A stretch of DNA of 64,000 nucleotides from Candidatus Latescibacterota bacterium (GTDB taxonomy: Bacteria; Latescibacterota; UBA2968). This document shows positions 30,929 to 41,750 of the stretch, in pieces. Both the position numbers and the translations under genes were made by a program. Position 1 is the first letter of the stretch. Each line of letters begins with the position of its first letter. The stretch covers positions 5,344,001 to 5,408,000 of the forward strand of contig OZ242010.1 of the NCBI GenBank assembly GCA_965204745.1, given 5' to 3'. Under the pieces are notes generated by a model. The model saw nothing but the letters and a program-made list of their open reading frames with translations, did no database searches and was not told where the DNA came from.

Positions 30929-31459
30929 ATGACAACGAGACTTTTGGTCATCTTCGTTTTGGTATTGTTTTCAGGTGTTGCATTTGGTGCTTCACCTAAT
31001 CCGAGTGTTGAAGAAAGATTGGCGATACTCGAGACCAAATTTGATGCGTTGAGCAAACAGATCGAAGCCAATCATCAATCCACACTCAAGTTGATAGAAG
31101 TCACCAATGAAGCAACGAACAAGCGGATTGATGCCAGCAATGAAGCAACGAATAAGCGGATTGATGCCAGCAATGAAGCAACGAACAAGCGAATTGATGC
31201 CTTGAGCAAACAGATTGAAGCCAATCATCAATCCATACTCAAGTTGATTGAAGTCACCAATGAAGCAACGAACAAGCGGATTGATACCTTGAATAATTGG
31301 GGGATTGCGCTATTCGCGGGTGTCTTGGCGTGGACTGGGGTTTTCATAACCCATGCGTTGGGGTTTTGGGGCGTTTCTAAACGCGATAATACTGTGACAG
31401 CGACAACAGACGTCAATAGGCCAGAAGCGACCCCAGTGATACAATCCGCTGATGCATGA
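30929..31459 (+). CDS. Signal peptide + coiled-coil + C-terminal TM protein, paralog 2
   Basis: Same RBS. Module order B-A-A-A-B-A. Confidence 0.85.
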   Translation: MTTRLLVIFVLVLFSGVAFGASPNPSVEERLAILETKFDALSKQIEANHQSTLKLIEVTNEATNKRIDASNEATNKRIDASNEATNKRIDALSKQIEANHQSILKLIEVTNEATNKRIDTLNNWGIALFAGVLAWTGVFITHALGFWGVSKRDNTVTATTDVNRPEATPVIQSADA

Positions 31460-31542
31460 TGGGTCGGTTGTCCTATTTGGTCGTGTGAACACCGATAAAA
31501 CGCGCTTACAATGGTCCTGCGGTCACTTCAAAGGAGGAAGTC

Positions 31543-32040
31543 ATGACAACGAGACTTTTGGTCGTATTCGTTTTGATGTTGTTTTCAGGTGTTGCATTTG
31601 GTGCTTCACCTAATCCGAGTGTTGAAGAAAGATTGGCGATACTCGAGACCAAATTTGATGCGTTGAGCAAGCAAATTGAGGCCAATCGTCAGGCCACACT
31701 CAAGTTGATTGAAGTCACCAATGAAGCAACGAACAAGCGGATTGATGCCAGCAATGAAGCAACGAACAAGCGAATTGATGCCTTGAGCAAGCAGATTGAA
31801 GCCAATCATCAATCCATACTCAAGTTGATTGAAGTCACCAATGAAGCAACGAACAAGCGGATTGATACCTTGAATAATTGGGGGATTGCGCTATTCGCGG
31901 GTGTCTTGGCGTGGACTGGGGTTTTCATAACCCATGCGTTGGGGTTTTGGGGCGTTTCTAAACGCGACAACGCTGTGACAGCGACAACAGACGCCGATAG
32001 GCCAGAAGCGACCCCAGTGATGCAATCCGCCGATGCATGA
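31543..32040 (+). CDS. Signal peptide + coiled-coil + C-terminal TM protein, paralog 3
   Basis: Same RBS. Module order B-A-A-B-A. Confidence 0.85.
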   Translation: MTTRLLVVFVLMLFSGVAFGASPNPSVEERLAILETKFDALSKQIEANRQATLKLIEVTNEATNKRIDASNEATNKRIDALSKQIEANHQSILKLIEVTNEATNKRIDTLNNWGIALFAGVLAWTGVFITHALGFWGVSKRDNAVTATTDADRPEATPVMQSADA

Positions 32041-32105
32041 TGGTCGTGTGAACACCGCTAAAACGCGCTTACAATGGCCCTGCGGTCACTTCAAAGGAGG
32101 AAGTC

Positions 32106-32615
32106 ATGACAACGAGACTTTTGGTCGTATTCGTTTTGGTATTGTTTTCAGGTGTTGCTTTTGGTGCTTCACCTAATCCGAGTGTTGAAGAAAGATTGGC
32201 GATACTTGAAACGACAATGAAACTTCAATTTGATGCCTTGAGCAAACAGATTGAAGCCAATCGCCAGTCCACACTCAAGTTGATAGAAGTCAGCAATGAA
32301 GCAACGAACAAGCGGATCGATGCCAGCAATGAAGCAACGAACAAGCGGATTGATGCCTTGAGCAAGCAGATCGAAGCGAATCATCAATCCACACTCAAGT
32401 TGATTGAAGTCACCAATGAAGCAACGAACAAGCGGATCGATACCTTGAATAATTGGGGGATTGCGCTATTCGCGGGTGTCTTGGCGTGGACTGGGGTTTT
32501 CATAACCCATGCGTTGGGGTTTTGGGGCGTTTCTAAACGCGACAACGCTGTGACAACGCCAACAGACGCCGATAGGCCAGAAGCGACCCCAGTGATGCAA
32601 TCCGCCGATGCATGA
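32106..32615 (+). CDS. Signal peptide + coiled-coil + C-terminal TM protein, paralog 4
   Basis: Same RBS. Net +4-aa insertion (ETTMKLQFDA), then B-A-A-B-A. Confidence 0.85.
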   Translation: MTTRLLVVFVLVLFSGVAFGASPNPSVEERLAILETTMKLQFDALSKQIEANRQSTLKLIEVSNEATNKRIDASNEATNKRIDALSKQIEANHQSTLKLIEVTNEATNKRIDTLNNWGIALFAGVLAWTGVFITHALGFWGVSKRDNAVTTPTDADRPEATPVMQSADA

Positions 32616-32625
32616 GGGTTACGCC

Positions 32626-33882
32626 ATGTTTTTGCGATCAACCAAAATTCTCGTCGCACTCTTGATCTTCGCACTCCCATCCACATGGGCTGCTAACACC
32701 AAAGATCTCCTCGACGCAGATCGCTTGGGCAAGCACCTCAAAGCCACGGGCGAACAAAAAGCACACATCGCCACGCATATCGCCGCGCTTCGCAACATCG
32801 TAACCGCGTACCAAACCGAACGCGCCCGCCGAACCAACGAAGCCCTGTTGTGGCAGGGGCACATCCCCAAGCTCAAAGACCTGAAAAGCCTCCGCAACAG
32901 TGCCAATGACAGTGCTAGTGCCGTGTTTGACGTGCTCAAGACCGCGCTCGACAACGAGCAAATTGAACGCTTGGACAAACTCATCGGCAAAGGCGATGTC
33001 TTTGCCATTCCCATCGCCTATCATCCCTATCATCACGTCCAGAACTCCCCGCTTTTTCCCGAGTTTTCGGGCGAGAAAACCGCGTACAAACTCACCTTGC
33101 CCTCGGCCCCCGATCCGGCCAACACATGGACGTATGCCCAGTTGCTCAAAATTTGGACCGTGCGGAACTTCATGCCCGCGGTGCGCCCCATCGACGACTT
33201 GCAACACGCGCCGAGCATTGCCGCGCATCCGGATCTGCAAACCCGCGAAGTATCGGTTTCGGACCGGTATCGCCTCGTGCGCTCTCCGTTGCTCATTTCA
33301 GCCACCCTGTACGCGCCGGATTTGATGCGTTCGGAATTTGACATGTTGCAAACCCATCACAGCGCAGACGGCATTTCCACCCGGTCCTGGGACGACTACG
33401 CCGCGCAAAACCGCCTCGACAGCGATATTCAAATCCGCTTAAAATTCAACACCATTTACGACAAAGCGTACCTCGACCTCAACCGCTGGACCATCTATCT
33501 GCAAGACAGCGAAGAAATCGGGTATGAGCCCAACAAAATTGAGGAACGGGCATTTTATCCGCTCGAGGCACTCAAAGTTTCCGTGCCGGGCAGGGAAATC
33601 GAAGTCACCGATGTCTTTGGCACGTACATCTCGCCCACTTATACGCCCGGGGAAAAAGCGCGCTATTTCGCAGAACCGCCCACGCAGATGACCTACTTGG
33701 GCAACGAGAAATTGCTCGTCCTGTATTTCCCGGCGCGAACCGTCATGAAAACCCCGGTGGTTTCACACGAGACCGAGTACCTCAAACTCATCGTCCAGTC
33801 CCACGAAACCGATTTCGGGCGCAGTGAACTCGTGTGGGCGTTCAAAAAACCCAAATCAAAAACGCGCCCGCCCAAGGATTAA
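32626..33882 (+). CDS. Secreted hypothetical protein
   Basis: Signal peptide MFLRSTKILVALLIFALPSTWA; long ORF in operon context; no family recognised. Confidence 0.7.
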   Translation: MFLRSTKILVALLIFALPSTWAANTKDLLDADRLGKHLKATGEQKAHIATHIAALRNIVTAYQTERARRTNEALLWQGHIPKLKDLKSLRNSANDSASAVFDVLKTALDNEQIERLDKLIGKGDVFAIPIAYHPYHHVQNSPLFPEFSGEKTAYKLTLPSAPDPANTWTYAQLLKIWTVRNFMPAVRPIDDLQHAPSIAAHPDLQTREVSVSDRYRLVRSPLLISATLYAPDLMRSEFDMLQTHHSADGISTRSWDDYAAQNRLDSDIQIRLKFNTIYDKAYLDLNRWTIYLQDSEEIGYEPNKIEERAFYPLEALKVSVPGREIEVTDVFGTYISPTYTPGEKARYFAEPPTQMTYLGNEKLLVLYFPARTVMKTPVVSHETEYLKLIVQSHETDFGRSELVWAFKKPKSKTRPPKD

Positions 33883-33886
33883 CACC

Positions 33887-35794
33887 ATGCGTTACCCATT
33901 CATGCTTTTGCTCGCCTTGCTCCTCGCGGGTTGCGTGAGCGCGCAACAACCGCAAATTGCCCTGCGTGCGGTCCCCTCGCCCAAAACATCGCCCGATCCC
34001 CACGCGGTCACGCACTTCTTGCGCGCGCGATTCGCCGAGTCCACAGGGCAGCGCGATGTGGCGATTCGGGAATTGAAAGCCGCCGTGCACTACGACTCGA
34101 CCTCGGCTACGCTCTACGGCGCGCTCGCGCGCAATCTCAACGCGGTTCGGCGATTTCGGGACGCGCTCGACCCCGCTCGCCGCGCAGTTCGCCTGGATCC
34201 GAAAAACGTGCAAAACCGCTGGCTGTACTATCGCGCCCTCAGCCGCGGCGTGCGAGACACCGCCGCGGCTATCGGCCAGTTAAACGCCATAGCACGCCTC
34301 GCGCCCGCAGACCTCACGGCCCATCATCACCTGCTCCAAATTTACAGCGCGCGCGGGCAACGCGCCCAGGCCATCGCCGTGCTCGACAGCATCGTCGCCA
34401 GCGCGGATCGCGATGCGCGCACAAAGCTCTTTGTTGCCGAGAACTACCACCGCCAGCACGCCTTTGACAAAGCAGCACACCTCTACGCCGAACTCCTCAC
34501 AACCGAACCGCTCAACGCGGACCTCCATTTTAAGCTGGGCATCACGAATCTCGCTCGGGCAGATACCCTGACCGCCGAGCAGAGTTTCCGACACATTCTC
34601 ACGGGGCAGGATTACGCCGTCACCAAACAAACCGTTCCGGTTTGGGTGCAACTGGTACACATCTACAGCCGCGAAAACCACCTCAATCGCCTCCTCGCGG
34701 AACCCCCAAGAGATGCGCGTTTGATCAATCGGCTAGGCCAAGTGCTCATCCGCATGACCAGAGGGCGGCACGAGCACGCCGAGAAAATGCGCTTTGCCAG
34801 CATGGCCGAGCGCGTCTTGGATCACCAGTTGCAAAGCGACCCCGAAAACCAGACCTTGCTGGGCGCGAAAGCCCGCTTTCTCCTCGATGCCAACCGAACC
34901 GCAGACGCGCGCAAAACCTATCGCCTCGCCAACTTGCAGGGGGAAAAAACCGAATACCACTTGGGCATCGCCCATTCGTATCGCCTCGAGGAAAACTGGG
35001 CGAGCGCGCAACAAATTTTGGAAAAACTCTATCGGGACGCACAGCCCAAAGACGAGCACTACGATCAGATCGCGTTTGACCTGGCCCGCGTTCATCTGCG
35101 CCAAAACCAAATCGCCCCCGCACGCGCTGTCTATCGGCAAGCCCTTGACGCCAAGCCCGAACACGCGGGTTTTCGCTACGAGCTCGCACGCACCCACCTC
35201 TTCGACCGCAACTGGGAAAACGCCATTCCCCTGCTCGAGCCCCTGGTCGACGACACCGAAGACAACCCCGCATTTCTCGAGGCCGTGCTTTTTGATCTGG
35301 CGCGCAGTCTGGAAAGATCTGGGCACTACGAGCGCGCGGTTGAAATTTTCCAACGCCTCTTGGTGCTCAACGAGGAGCACGCAGAGGCCAGCAACTACTT
35401 GGGCTACATGCTCGCCGAGCGCGGTGAACGCCTCGCCGAAGCCAAAAAACTGATTGAACGCGCCCTGAAAATCGACCCGGAAAACGGCGCGTACCTCGAC
35501 AGCCTCGGCTGGGTGTATTACCAACTCGAGCAGTACGGCGATGCCGCGCGCTGGCTCGACCGCGCCCTCGCCGTCGAAGAAGAAGCCCTGCGCCGCGCCG
35601 ATCCCAATTCCCCCACAGTGGCGGGACTGCGCGAAAACCTCGCGGTCATTTATGAACACGCGGGCGACGCGGCAAAAAAATTAGGCGACCTCGCCCGTGC
35701 AAGCCGCCACTATGAACGCGCCTTGGAATTTGATCCCGACAACCAAACCCTGCGGGAAAAATTCAAAAACCTCGCCAAAGACGGTTCACCATGA
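33887..35794 (+). CDS. Large TPR lipoprotein
   Basis: Lipobox LLAGC, many TPRs, and C-terminal NYLGYMLA...AYLDSLGWVYY...EHxGD. Confidence 0.88.
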   Translation: MRYPFMLLLALLLAGCVSAQQPQIALRAVPSPKTSPDPHAVTHFLRARFAESTGQRDVAIRELKAAVHYDSTSATLYGALARNLNAVRRFRDALDPARRAVRLDPKNVQNRWLYYRALSRGVRDTAAAIGQLNAIARLAPADLTAHHHLLQIYSARGQRAQAIAVLDSIVASADRDARTKLFVAENYHRQHAFDKAAHLYAELLTTEPLNADLHFKLGITNLARADTLTAEQSFRHILTGQDYAVTKQTVPVWVQLVHIYSRENHLNRLLAEPPRDARLINRLGQVLIRMTRGRHEHAEKMRFASMAERVLDHQLQSDPENQTLLGAKARFLLDANRTADARKTYRLANLQGEKTEYHLGIAHSYRLEENWASAQQILEKLYRDAQPKDEHYDQIAFDLARVHLRQNQIAPARAVYRQALDAKPEHAGFRYELARTHLFDRNWENAIPLLEPLVDDTEDNPAFLEAVLFDLARSLERSGHYERAVEIFQRLLVLNEEHAEASNYLGYMLAERGERLAEAKKLIERALKIDPENGAYLDSLGWVYYQLEQYGDAARWLDRALAVEEEALRRADPNSPTVAGLRENLAVIYEHAGDAAKKLGDLARASRHYERALEFDPDNQTLREKFKNLAKDGSP

Positions 35795-36618
35795 ATTTGA
35801 TCACCACCATGAACGACGCCCTTTGCTGCTCTCCTTTGGGATCGCGGCAAAGGGCTTTTTTGTATTGCGCGGTCTTGTTCGCACTCGGCGGCTGCATAAC
35901 CCATCGCCCCGCGTTGCCCACCCTGCCGCCAGTCGCGTCTGCAACCGAATATCTGCGCCTCGTCGCAGCGCGCTACGACAGCTTGCGCGATCACGAAGTC
36001 CGCGCCACCGTCGATCTCACCATCGACGGGGTGCGAGAGCGCAGGGCACGCGCCCTTGTGCGCCACCGCCTGCCTTCCGATTTCAAGCTAGTGGTCGGCG
36101 GCTTCGGATACGTGGTCATGGCCGCCCGCGCCCAGGCCGATACGCTCTACGTTCACTTGCCTCGGCAGAATCATTACCTCGTCGGCCAGCCCGAAGCCGT
36201 GCTCCACGCGCTCACCGGCGTCGATCTGTCGCATTACGCGGTTGACCGCGCCATTCTGGGTCTGCCCAATTTTTCGCCTTTAGACATTGCCCGGGCCACG
36301 CGCTTTGACCCCGGGCGGGAACACATCTTCCTCGAATTTCACGCCCCCCGCTATTTGCACCGCCTTTGGATAGAAGCCCGCACCGGTCTTCTGCGCGAGG
36401 AAAAGGTCTATGACGTCGATGGACGCCTCGTATCCGCCCGCCGCCTGTCTGATTACCGCATGGAAAACGGCTTTGCCCTGCCGCGACACATCGAAATCCA
36501 GCAAGGCCGAGATGTCATTCTCATCCAAGTCGAATCGCGCGCCATCAACGCTGGCCTCTCCGACAAAGACTTCGCCCTCCCCATACCCAAAGACGCCACC
36601 CGCCATGAGATACGTTAG
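35791..36618 (+). CDS. DUF4292/LolB-LolA-like lipoprotein
   Basis: ATGA overlap with the TPR gene, lipobox LGGC, LPxxIxI and INxGLxDxxF motifs. Confidence 0.6.
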   Translation: MNLITTMNDALCCSPLGSRQRAFLYCAVLFALGGCITHRPALPTLPPVASATEYLRLVAARYDSLRDHEVRATVDLTIDGVRERRARALVRHRLPSDFKLVVGGFGYVVMAARAQADTLYVHLPRQNHYLVGQPEAVLHALTGVDLSHYAVDRAILGLPNFSPLDIARATRFDPGREHIFLEFHAPRYLHRLWIEARTGLLREEKVYDVDGRLVSARRLSDYRMENGFALPRHIEIQQGRDVILIQVESRAINAGLSDKDFALPIPKDATRHEIR

Positions 36619-36619
36619 C

Positions 36620-36765
36620 CTCAAGTTGTCAGTTGTCAGTTGTCAGTTGTCAGTTGTCAGTGGTCAGTAGTCAGTAGTCAGTCCCCGCACCGCCCTTCCG
36701 CAAGTGAGACGTAAGATAAGCCCCACACCAAGCCTCAAGCGGTCAGTGGAGTCCCTCACCCCCCA
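36620..36765. repeat. Composite heptamer repeat (AGTTGTC)5-(AGTRGTC)3 plus linkers
   Basis: Read directly between convergent genes. Confidence 0.85.
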
Positions 36766-36813
36766 TCATCCGTAGGGCAGTGGCTACTGAATTAAAGCGC
36801 AGGCCCGCGCCAA

Positions 36814-39405
36814 TTATTCCTCGCGCAATGTGTTCTGGCTGATGGTGGGGCCGAAGAATAGGGCATTGGCAAAGAGCTTTTGCGTGCCGTACCAATAGGC
36901 GCGGAAATTGGGGTTATCCAACATGAGAATGACGCGCCCATCGCCTTGCTTGTCCACGCGCACCGATGCGGATTCGGCGATATAATCGCGGTTTTGATCC
37001 GATATATAACCCGCGAGCAAGGGCTGTCGGGCGTATTGCAATGGCGTGGCGTAGGGGCTTGTTGCGGGTTGGAGGAAAAGCGTGCCGCGCCGAAAGACCG
37101 GCAGGCTGTTTTTCCCATACCCATACGCGAGGGGATGCGTGCGGTCGAGTTGCACCCGGAAAATTGCCCCGCCGATGAGTCGCGCCCCGCGATCCCCTGC
37201 CGCGTCGAGATAGGCTTTGCGTTCCCTGCGAAAGTCTCGGTCTTGCGCGATGAATTGGGCACGGGCGAGTTCGTGGCTGATGGCCCAGCGAACCGCGCCG
37301 TTTAGGGCGACGAGCGTATTCCCCCGCCGCACCCACTGTTTCAGGGTTTCAACACCCGTGGAGTCCAAGTTCGAATAAGAGCCACCTGCTGCGATGATCA
37401 CATTGTACCGGTCGAGGTCCATATCGCGCACCTGCCCGGCATCGACGAGGCTGACGGTCATATCGTAGCGTTGGTCCAAGAGATGCCACACTTCCCCGGC
37501 GGTGTACGCATTCGCGCCATTGCCAATTAAAAGGGCGACTTGCGGCATTTTGAGCGGGACAAAGCCAGGGCTGCCCAGATCGATGCCGCTGTTGACCCGC
37601 CCGGTGGAAACGGCGAATACGTCGAGTGCGTCTTCGCGGGCAATGGTCTGCATGAGGGTGCGGATCGCATGGGGATCGGTTTGTTGAATGCCCACCGGGA
37701 TGAGAATGCTGCCGTAGTCAAACAAGCGCGCATCGCCCGCAGCTGCCCCGGAAGGCGCCATGCGAAACTGCCGCGAAGCCACTTTGGCCCGCACGCCGGC
37801 TTTTTGCAGGCGATACAGCGCGCGGGGCGCGTAATACCCACGCCATTCAAACAGGTAGGCATACGGCATGGGCGCGTCAGACAGGCGTCCTGCGGGAAAT
37901 GTGCTGGCGGGCAACAAGCCGCCGATAAATTCCTGAGATGAGGACTTGAGTTCGGCCGTGGGCATGTTAAATGCCAACGGCAATGTCCAAGCTGAAACAT
38001 CGTAAAACGAGCTGTCCGAAAAATTCATCCGGCGTTCAAACATGCCGGTGAGCAACCGGTATTGCGGTTGCGCGGTCGGGATGATATAGGCCGAGCCGGG
38101 CGCGAATGTCTGATTGCCCACGCGAATGGGCCGCGCGAGGTCGTAGATCCGGATGCGATGCCGCTGGATCAGGTCGAGAAAATGATGCGTGCGCGCAGGG
38201 TCTTGCGGGTCCCCAAAAACATAAGCTTTGACCTCGGCGCGCTGCGCTTCTCGCTGCGCGGAAAGATAGAAGTCGCGCTGATGCGACAGCAATGCCACGC
38301 GCAGTTCCCGTGCGGCGCGGAGGGTCGAAAGGGAGGTCCTGACGTGATTGCGGATGGCAAAGGGAAACGAGAGTTGCCCGTGAGCGCTGTCCTGCACAAA
38401 GCCGCGCGCGCTGGCCTGTTCCAACAACATGCCCACGCCGCCATTGAGATCCGGATAGGTCGATCCCTTGCCGATGTAAAAATCGTCGAAGGACTCCCGC
38501 GTAAAATAAAGGCTGCCGATTTGGTTGAGCGCGTCGGCGTGGCGTTGGGCGATCTCCGCCGTGAGTCGATAGGTGCGCGCCGGGGTGAGCGGGTTGTTGC
38601 GCGAGGGAATGCCCGGAGAAAAAAAGAACGTGGACTGCGTGTTCATCTCGTGGTGATCCGCGAGCACATTGGGTTTCCAGGCGTGGTAGATCTCGATCCG
38701 CCCCCGGCTTTCGGGTTGTTGCAACCCCAGCCAGTCGCGGTTGAGATCAAACCAATAGTGGTTGGTGCGGCCGCTCGGCCAGACTTCGCGGTGCTCTCGG
38801 TGTTGGGGATCCGCAACGAGGTGTTTGCCGCGGTGGGTATTGGCCCAGTGTGCAAACCGGCTGAAGCCATCCGGGTTCAACACCGGGTCGAGCAAGACGA
38901 TGGCATTGGCGAGGAGGCTGTCGATGGCAGCCCCTTGGGCCGCGGCCAAGTGATAGGCCACCACGGGCGCGGCATTGCCACCGCTGGCTTCGTTCCCGTG
39001 GATGCTGTATCCCATATACGCGACCACGGGCATGGCGTCGATGTCGAGCGCGGGCGATTGATCTGGATCCGCGAGTTGCTGGTGTTGCGTCTGTATCGCG
39101 GCGAGGTTCTGGTGGTTTTCCGGCGACGTGATGGTGAGCACAACCAAGGGCCGTTTCTGATGCGTTTGCGCGTATTCCGCGATGGCAACGCGCTTTGAGT
39201 GCCGCGCCAAGGCGTGCATGTAGCTCACGATGAGATCGTGCCTGAGATGCCAGTCCCCAATTTGAAATCCAAAAAATGCTTCGGGTGTGGGAATCCCGGG
39301 ATCATAAGTCACCTCGTCAGGCAAGTAATAGGCGAGATCAACGCGAGCAGCAACCGGGAGACTCAGGCCGATCCAAGCGATGAGGACGACAGATAAGCGC
39401 GTCAT
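36814..39405 (-). CDS. Secreted M14 zinc carboxypeptidase
   Basis: Signal peptide; IHGNE, NPDG, DLNRD, DxHE; C-terminal DNPNFRAYW. Confidence 0.92.
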   Translation of the reverse strand: MTRLSVVLIAWIGLSLPVAARVDLAYYLPDEVTYDPGIPTPEAFFGFQIGDWHLRHDLIVSYMHALARHSKRVAIAEYAQTHQKRPLVVLTITSPENHQNLAAIQTQHQQLADPDQSPALDIDAMPVVAYMGYSIHGNEASGGNAAPVVAYHLAAAQGAAIDSLLANAIVLLDPVLNPDGFSRFAHWANTHRGKHLVADPQHREHREVWPSGRTNHYWFDLNRDWLGLQQPESRGRIEIYHAWKPNVLADHHEMNTQSTFFFSPGIPSRNNPLTPARTYRLTAEIAQRHADALNQIGSLYFTRESFDDFYIGKGSTYPDLNGGVGMLLEQASARGFVQDSAHGQLSFPFAIRNHVRTSLSTLRAARELRVALLSHQRDFYLSAQREAQRAEVKAYVFGDPQDPARTHHFLDLIQRHRIRIYDLARPIRVGNQTFAPGSAYIIPTAQPQYRLLTGMFERRMNFSDSSFYDVSAWTLPLAFNMPTAELKSSSQEFIGGLLPASTFPAGRLSDAPMPYAYLFEWRGYYAPRALYRLQKAGVRAKVASRQFRMAPSGAAAGDARLFDYGSILIPVGIQQTDPHAIRTLMQTIAREDALDVFAVSTGRVNSGIDLGSPGFVPLKMPQVALLIGNGANAYTAGEVWHLLDQRYDMTVSLVDAGQVRDMDLDRYNVIIAAGGSYSNLDSTGVETLKQWVRRGNTLVALNGAVRWAISHELARAQFIAQDRDFRRERKAYLDAAGDRGARLIGGAIFRVQLDRTHPLAYGYGKNSLPVFRRGTLFLQPATSPYATPLQYARQPLLAGYISDQNRDYIAESASVRVDKQGDGRVILMLDNPNFRAYWYGTQKLFANALFFGPTISQNTLREE

Positions 39406-39769
39406 GTGAGTTCCTCGTTGTGTCGTGAGCGGGCATGTCACCCCGCGTGCCCAGAAGGTTTGCAGGACTAACAATGAAACAACTATCCCAAAAAGTCAAA
39501 TGGGAACAGCGACAGATCAAAAAATAATAAATTGCATCAAATGCAAACTTTTCTATTTTTTTGAAATATTTTGTTATCCCCTGCATCTGCGTTGTGTAAC
39601 CTAATAGCCAAAGCGTTTTTTGCGACTTCTGCTTTTACACCGCTTGTGGCTAAGGCTTTGGCTTACAACCACAGGCGATTTTTTTTGTTTCTGGGAACGA
39701 CGCTCAAAGGCACTCTTGGCGCAAAGACAAGAGATGAACGGTTAGAGCGAAAAACCAGAGGGACTCGTA

Positions 39770-41242
39770 ATGGGAAAGGAGAATGCCGTGAAAGAAGAAC
39801 GCATGAAAATCCTCGAAATGCTTCAAGATGGGAAAATCACCGCAGAAGAGGCGATGAAATTGCTCGAAGCCCTCGGGGATGCCGCAGAAGAGCCGCAACG
39901 CCAAACCCGGCGGCGTCAACGCCAGCGCAATCGCCAAGGGGGCGCGGGCATTCAGGAAGAAGTGCAAGAGCGCGTTCAGGAGGCGCGAGAAACCCTGCGC
40001 GCATCGATGCCCAAGGTCAAAAACGCCGTGCGCGAGGCCATGCCCGACGTGGGCAACATCATCCAAGAGGCGATGCAAACCGCATCCGATGCCTTTTCGG
40101 AATGGACGGAAAAGAGCGATAGGCAACCCCCAAAAAAAGCGGTTCGCCAACTCGTCGAAACGATTCAGGCCTCTGATCGCCTGTCTATCGCCACGCCAAA
40201 AGGCCACGTCGCGTCCGAGATTTGGGATCGCGACGAGGTGCAAGTCGAGGCGACCATCTCGGTTTGGGGCACGGAGGAACCCGCTGTGAACGCCTTTGCC
40301 GAGCAAATTGATATTCACATCCAACGCGAATCCGGCAAGGTGCAAATCCGCCCCCGCGTGCCCAAACGGGAACGAGACGACCCCGTGCGATCCGTGCGTA
40401 TTGACTTCGAGTTGCGCCATCCCAAAAAAGTCGATCTCGCTGTGCGGGCCGCGCACGGAAATATCACCCTGCCCGAAATTGATGGCGCGGCAACCCTGAA
40501 CAATCACCGCGGCAAAACGATCTTTGAAGGCGCGTCTGGCAATGTGCGGATCAAACAGCACCGCGGCGACATCGCGGTTCAACGGGCCGGGGGCGATTTG
40601 TCCCTTGACGCGCACCGCAGCGAGATGCGCGTCGGCACCGCAACCGGTTCAGTGACCGTACACGCGCATCACGGCGCGCTCGCCATCGATCATGTCGGCG
40701 GCGAGTTTCTCGCGGAAAACAGGCGCGGTTCGATCAAAGCGGACCGGGTCGACGGCCGTGCGGTTGTGAAAAACAGACGCGGCGACATCGCGCTTCGCAA
40801 TGTGGGAAGCGAGGTTGCCGTGGAAAACGGGCGCGGCGCAACGCACCTCGAAAATATCGCAGGGCCGATCAGCCTGCGCGTGGATCGCGGGGACATCGCA
40901 ATTGAAAATCCCGAAGCCGGTGTGGCGATCCAAAGTCGCGGCGGGCGCGTTGCCGTGCGGGCACACAAACCCATCGATGGCGATTATGCGATCCAAAACA
41001 ACCAGGGCGCCATTGAACTCGCCATCCCCGAGGGGTCGGCGGTCGATGTTCACGGTTATGTCGGGCGCGGGCAGATCAAAACCGACCTGCCCCTGTCCGT
41101 GACCGATACCTCGCGCACCTCACAGGTCGTCTCGGGCCGCCTCAATGGCGGCGGGTCCAAAATTGCCCTTGAGCTCAATCAGGGCAATCTGATCTTGCGT
41201 TCAGATGAAGGGATTGAGAGAGGAGACGAGGCGAAAAGGTAA
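39770..41242 (+). CDS. SHOCT-like N-terminus + DUF4097 beta-strand-repeat protein (YvlB/LiaX-like)
   Basis: EERMKILEMLQDGKITAEEAMKLLEAL, followed by repeated xxxGxI beta units. Confidence 0.85.
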   Translation: MGKENAVKEERMKILEMLQDGKITAEEAMKLLEALGDAAEEPQRQTRRRQRQRNRQGGAGIQEEVQERVQEARETLRASMPKVKNAVREAMPDVGNIIQEAMQTASDAFSEWTEKSDRQPPKKAVRQLVETIQASDRLSIATPKGHVASEIWDRDEVQVEATISVWGTEEPAVNAFAEQIDIHIQRESGKVQIRPRVPKRERDDPVRSVRIDFELRHPKKVDLAVRAAHGNITLPEIDGAATLNNHRGKTIFEGASGNVRIKQHRGDIAVQRAGGDLSLDAHRSEMRVGTATGSVTVHAHHGALAIDHVGGEFLAENRRGSIKADRVDGRAVVKNRRGDIALRNVGSEVAVENGRGATHLENIAGPISLRVDRGDIAIENPEAGVAIQSRGGRVAVRAHKPIDGDYAIQNNQGAIELAIPEGSAVDVHGYVGRGQIKTDLPLSVTDTSRTSQVVSGRLNGGGSKIALELNQGNLILRSDEGIERGDEAKR

Positions 41243-41441
41243 CGCAATCACGGATAACCACCGATAAAACAAAGCCACCCCCTATTTTCCGAGAAGGAGA
41301 ATAGGGGGTGATTTCGTCGGTCTGTGGCTCGTCTCTGCCCACCTCCGCCGCCCGTGCGGCCTCGCCGCCCATCCGTGTCTGAATCGCAGATTAAACGGAT
41401 TAGGGGATTGCGCGGATTACCACCCACCGCCCTACCGCAAA

Positions 41442-41670
41442 ACCTATCCCCCCGGCCCCCTTTCCTACGAGGAAAGGGGGAGCGCATGGCTTTCTTGAAG
41501 GGTTGTATCCAGGGCTGTTTTGATGGCTTTGAGCGAATGGATCACGCCATGAAAATCCAAAAACCCTTACACACAATCCCTCGCAAAACCTCTCGCCATT
41601 CCCCCTTCCTCGCAGGCACAGGCGTAGCCTACAACGAAGCGAAGCGAGTAACGGGGCCAGGGGGTAGGTC
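41442..41670. repeat. REP-like doublet element, copy A
   Basis: Inverted arms ACCTATCCCCCCGGCCCC... and ...GGGGCCAGGGGGTAGGTC. Related to 63446-63669 and to a half copy at 10361. Confidence 0.75.
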
Positions 41671-41721
41671 CCCCTCGCACGCCTTCTCGCTTGACCACCG
41701 ATCCCATCGTCATTTTACCGC

Positions 41722-41750
41722 TTGACAAACAATAGCGTAATTTTTAATTT
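41722..41750 (+). promoter_or_regulatory. Putative promoter for leader ORF and giant gene
   Basis: TTGACA-17 nt-TAATTT in an AT-rich stretch. Confidence 0.45.

Larger units (their letters stand above)
30283..32615 (+). repeat. Tandem array of four ~545-615 bp gene-containing units
   Basis: Each unit starts ...CCTGCGGTCACTTCAAAGGAGGAAGTCATG and is near-identical apart from module number and order. Confidence 0.95.

Noticed and set aside
30283-32615. Integron cassette array or CRISPR
   Set aside because: Whole units including the ORFs are near-identical paralogs. No convincing attC core sites and no integrase.
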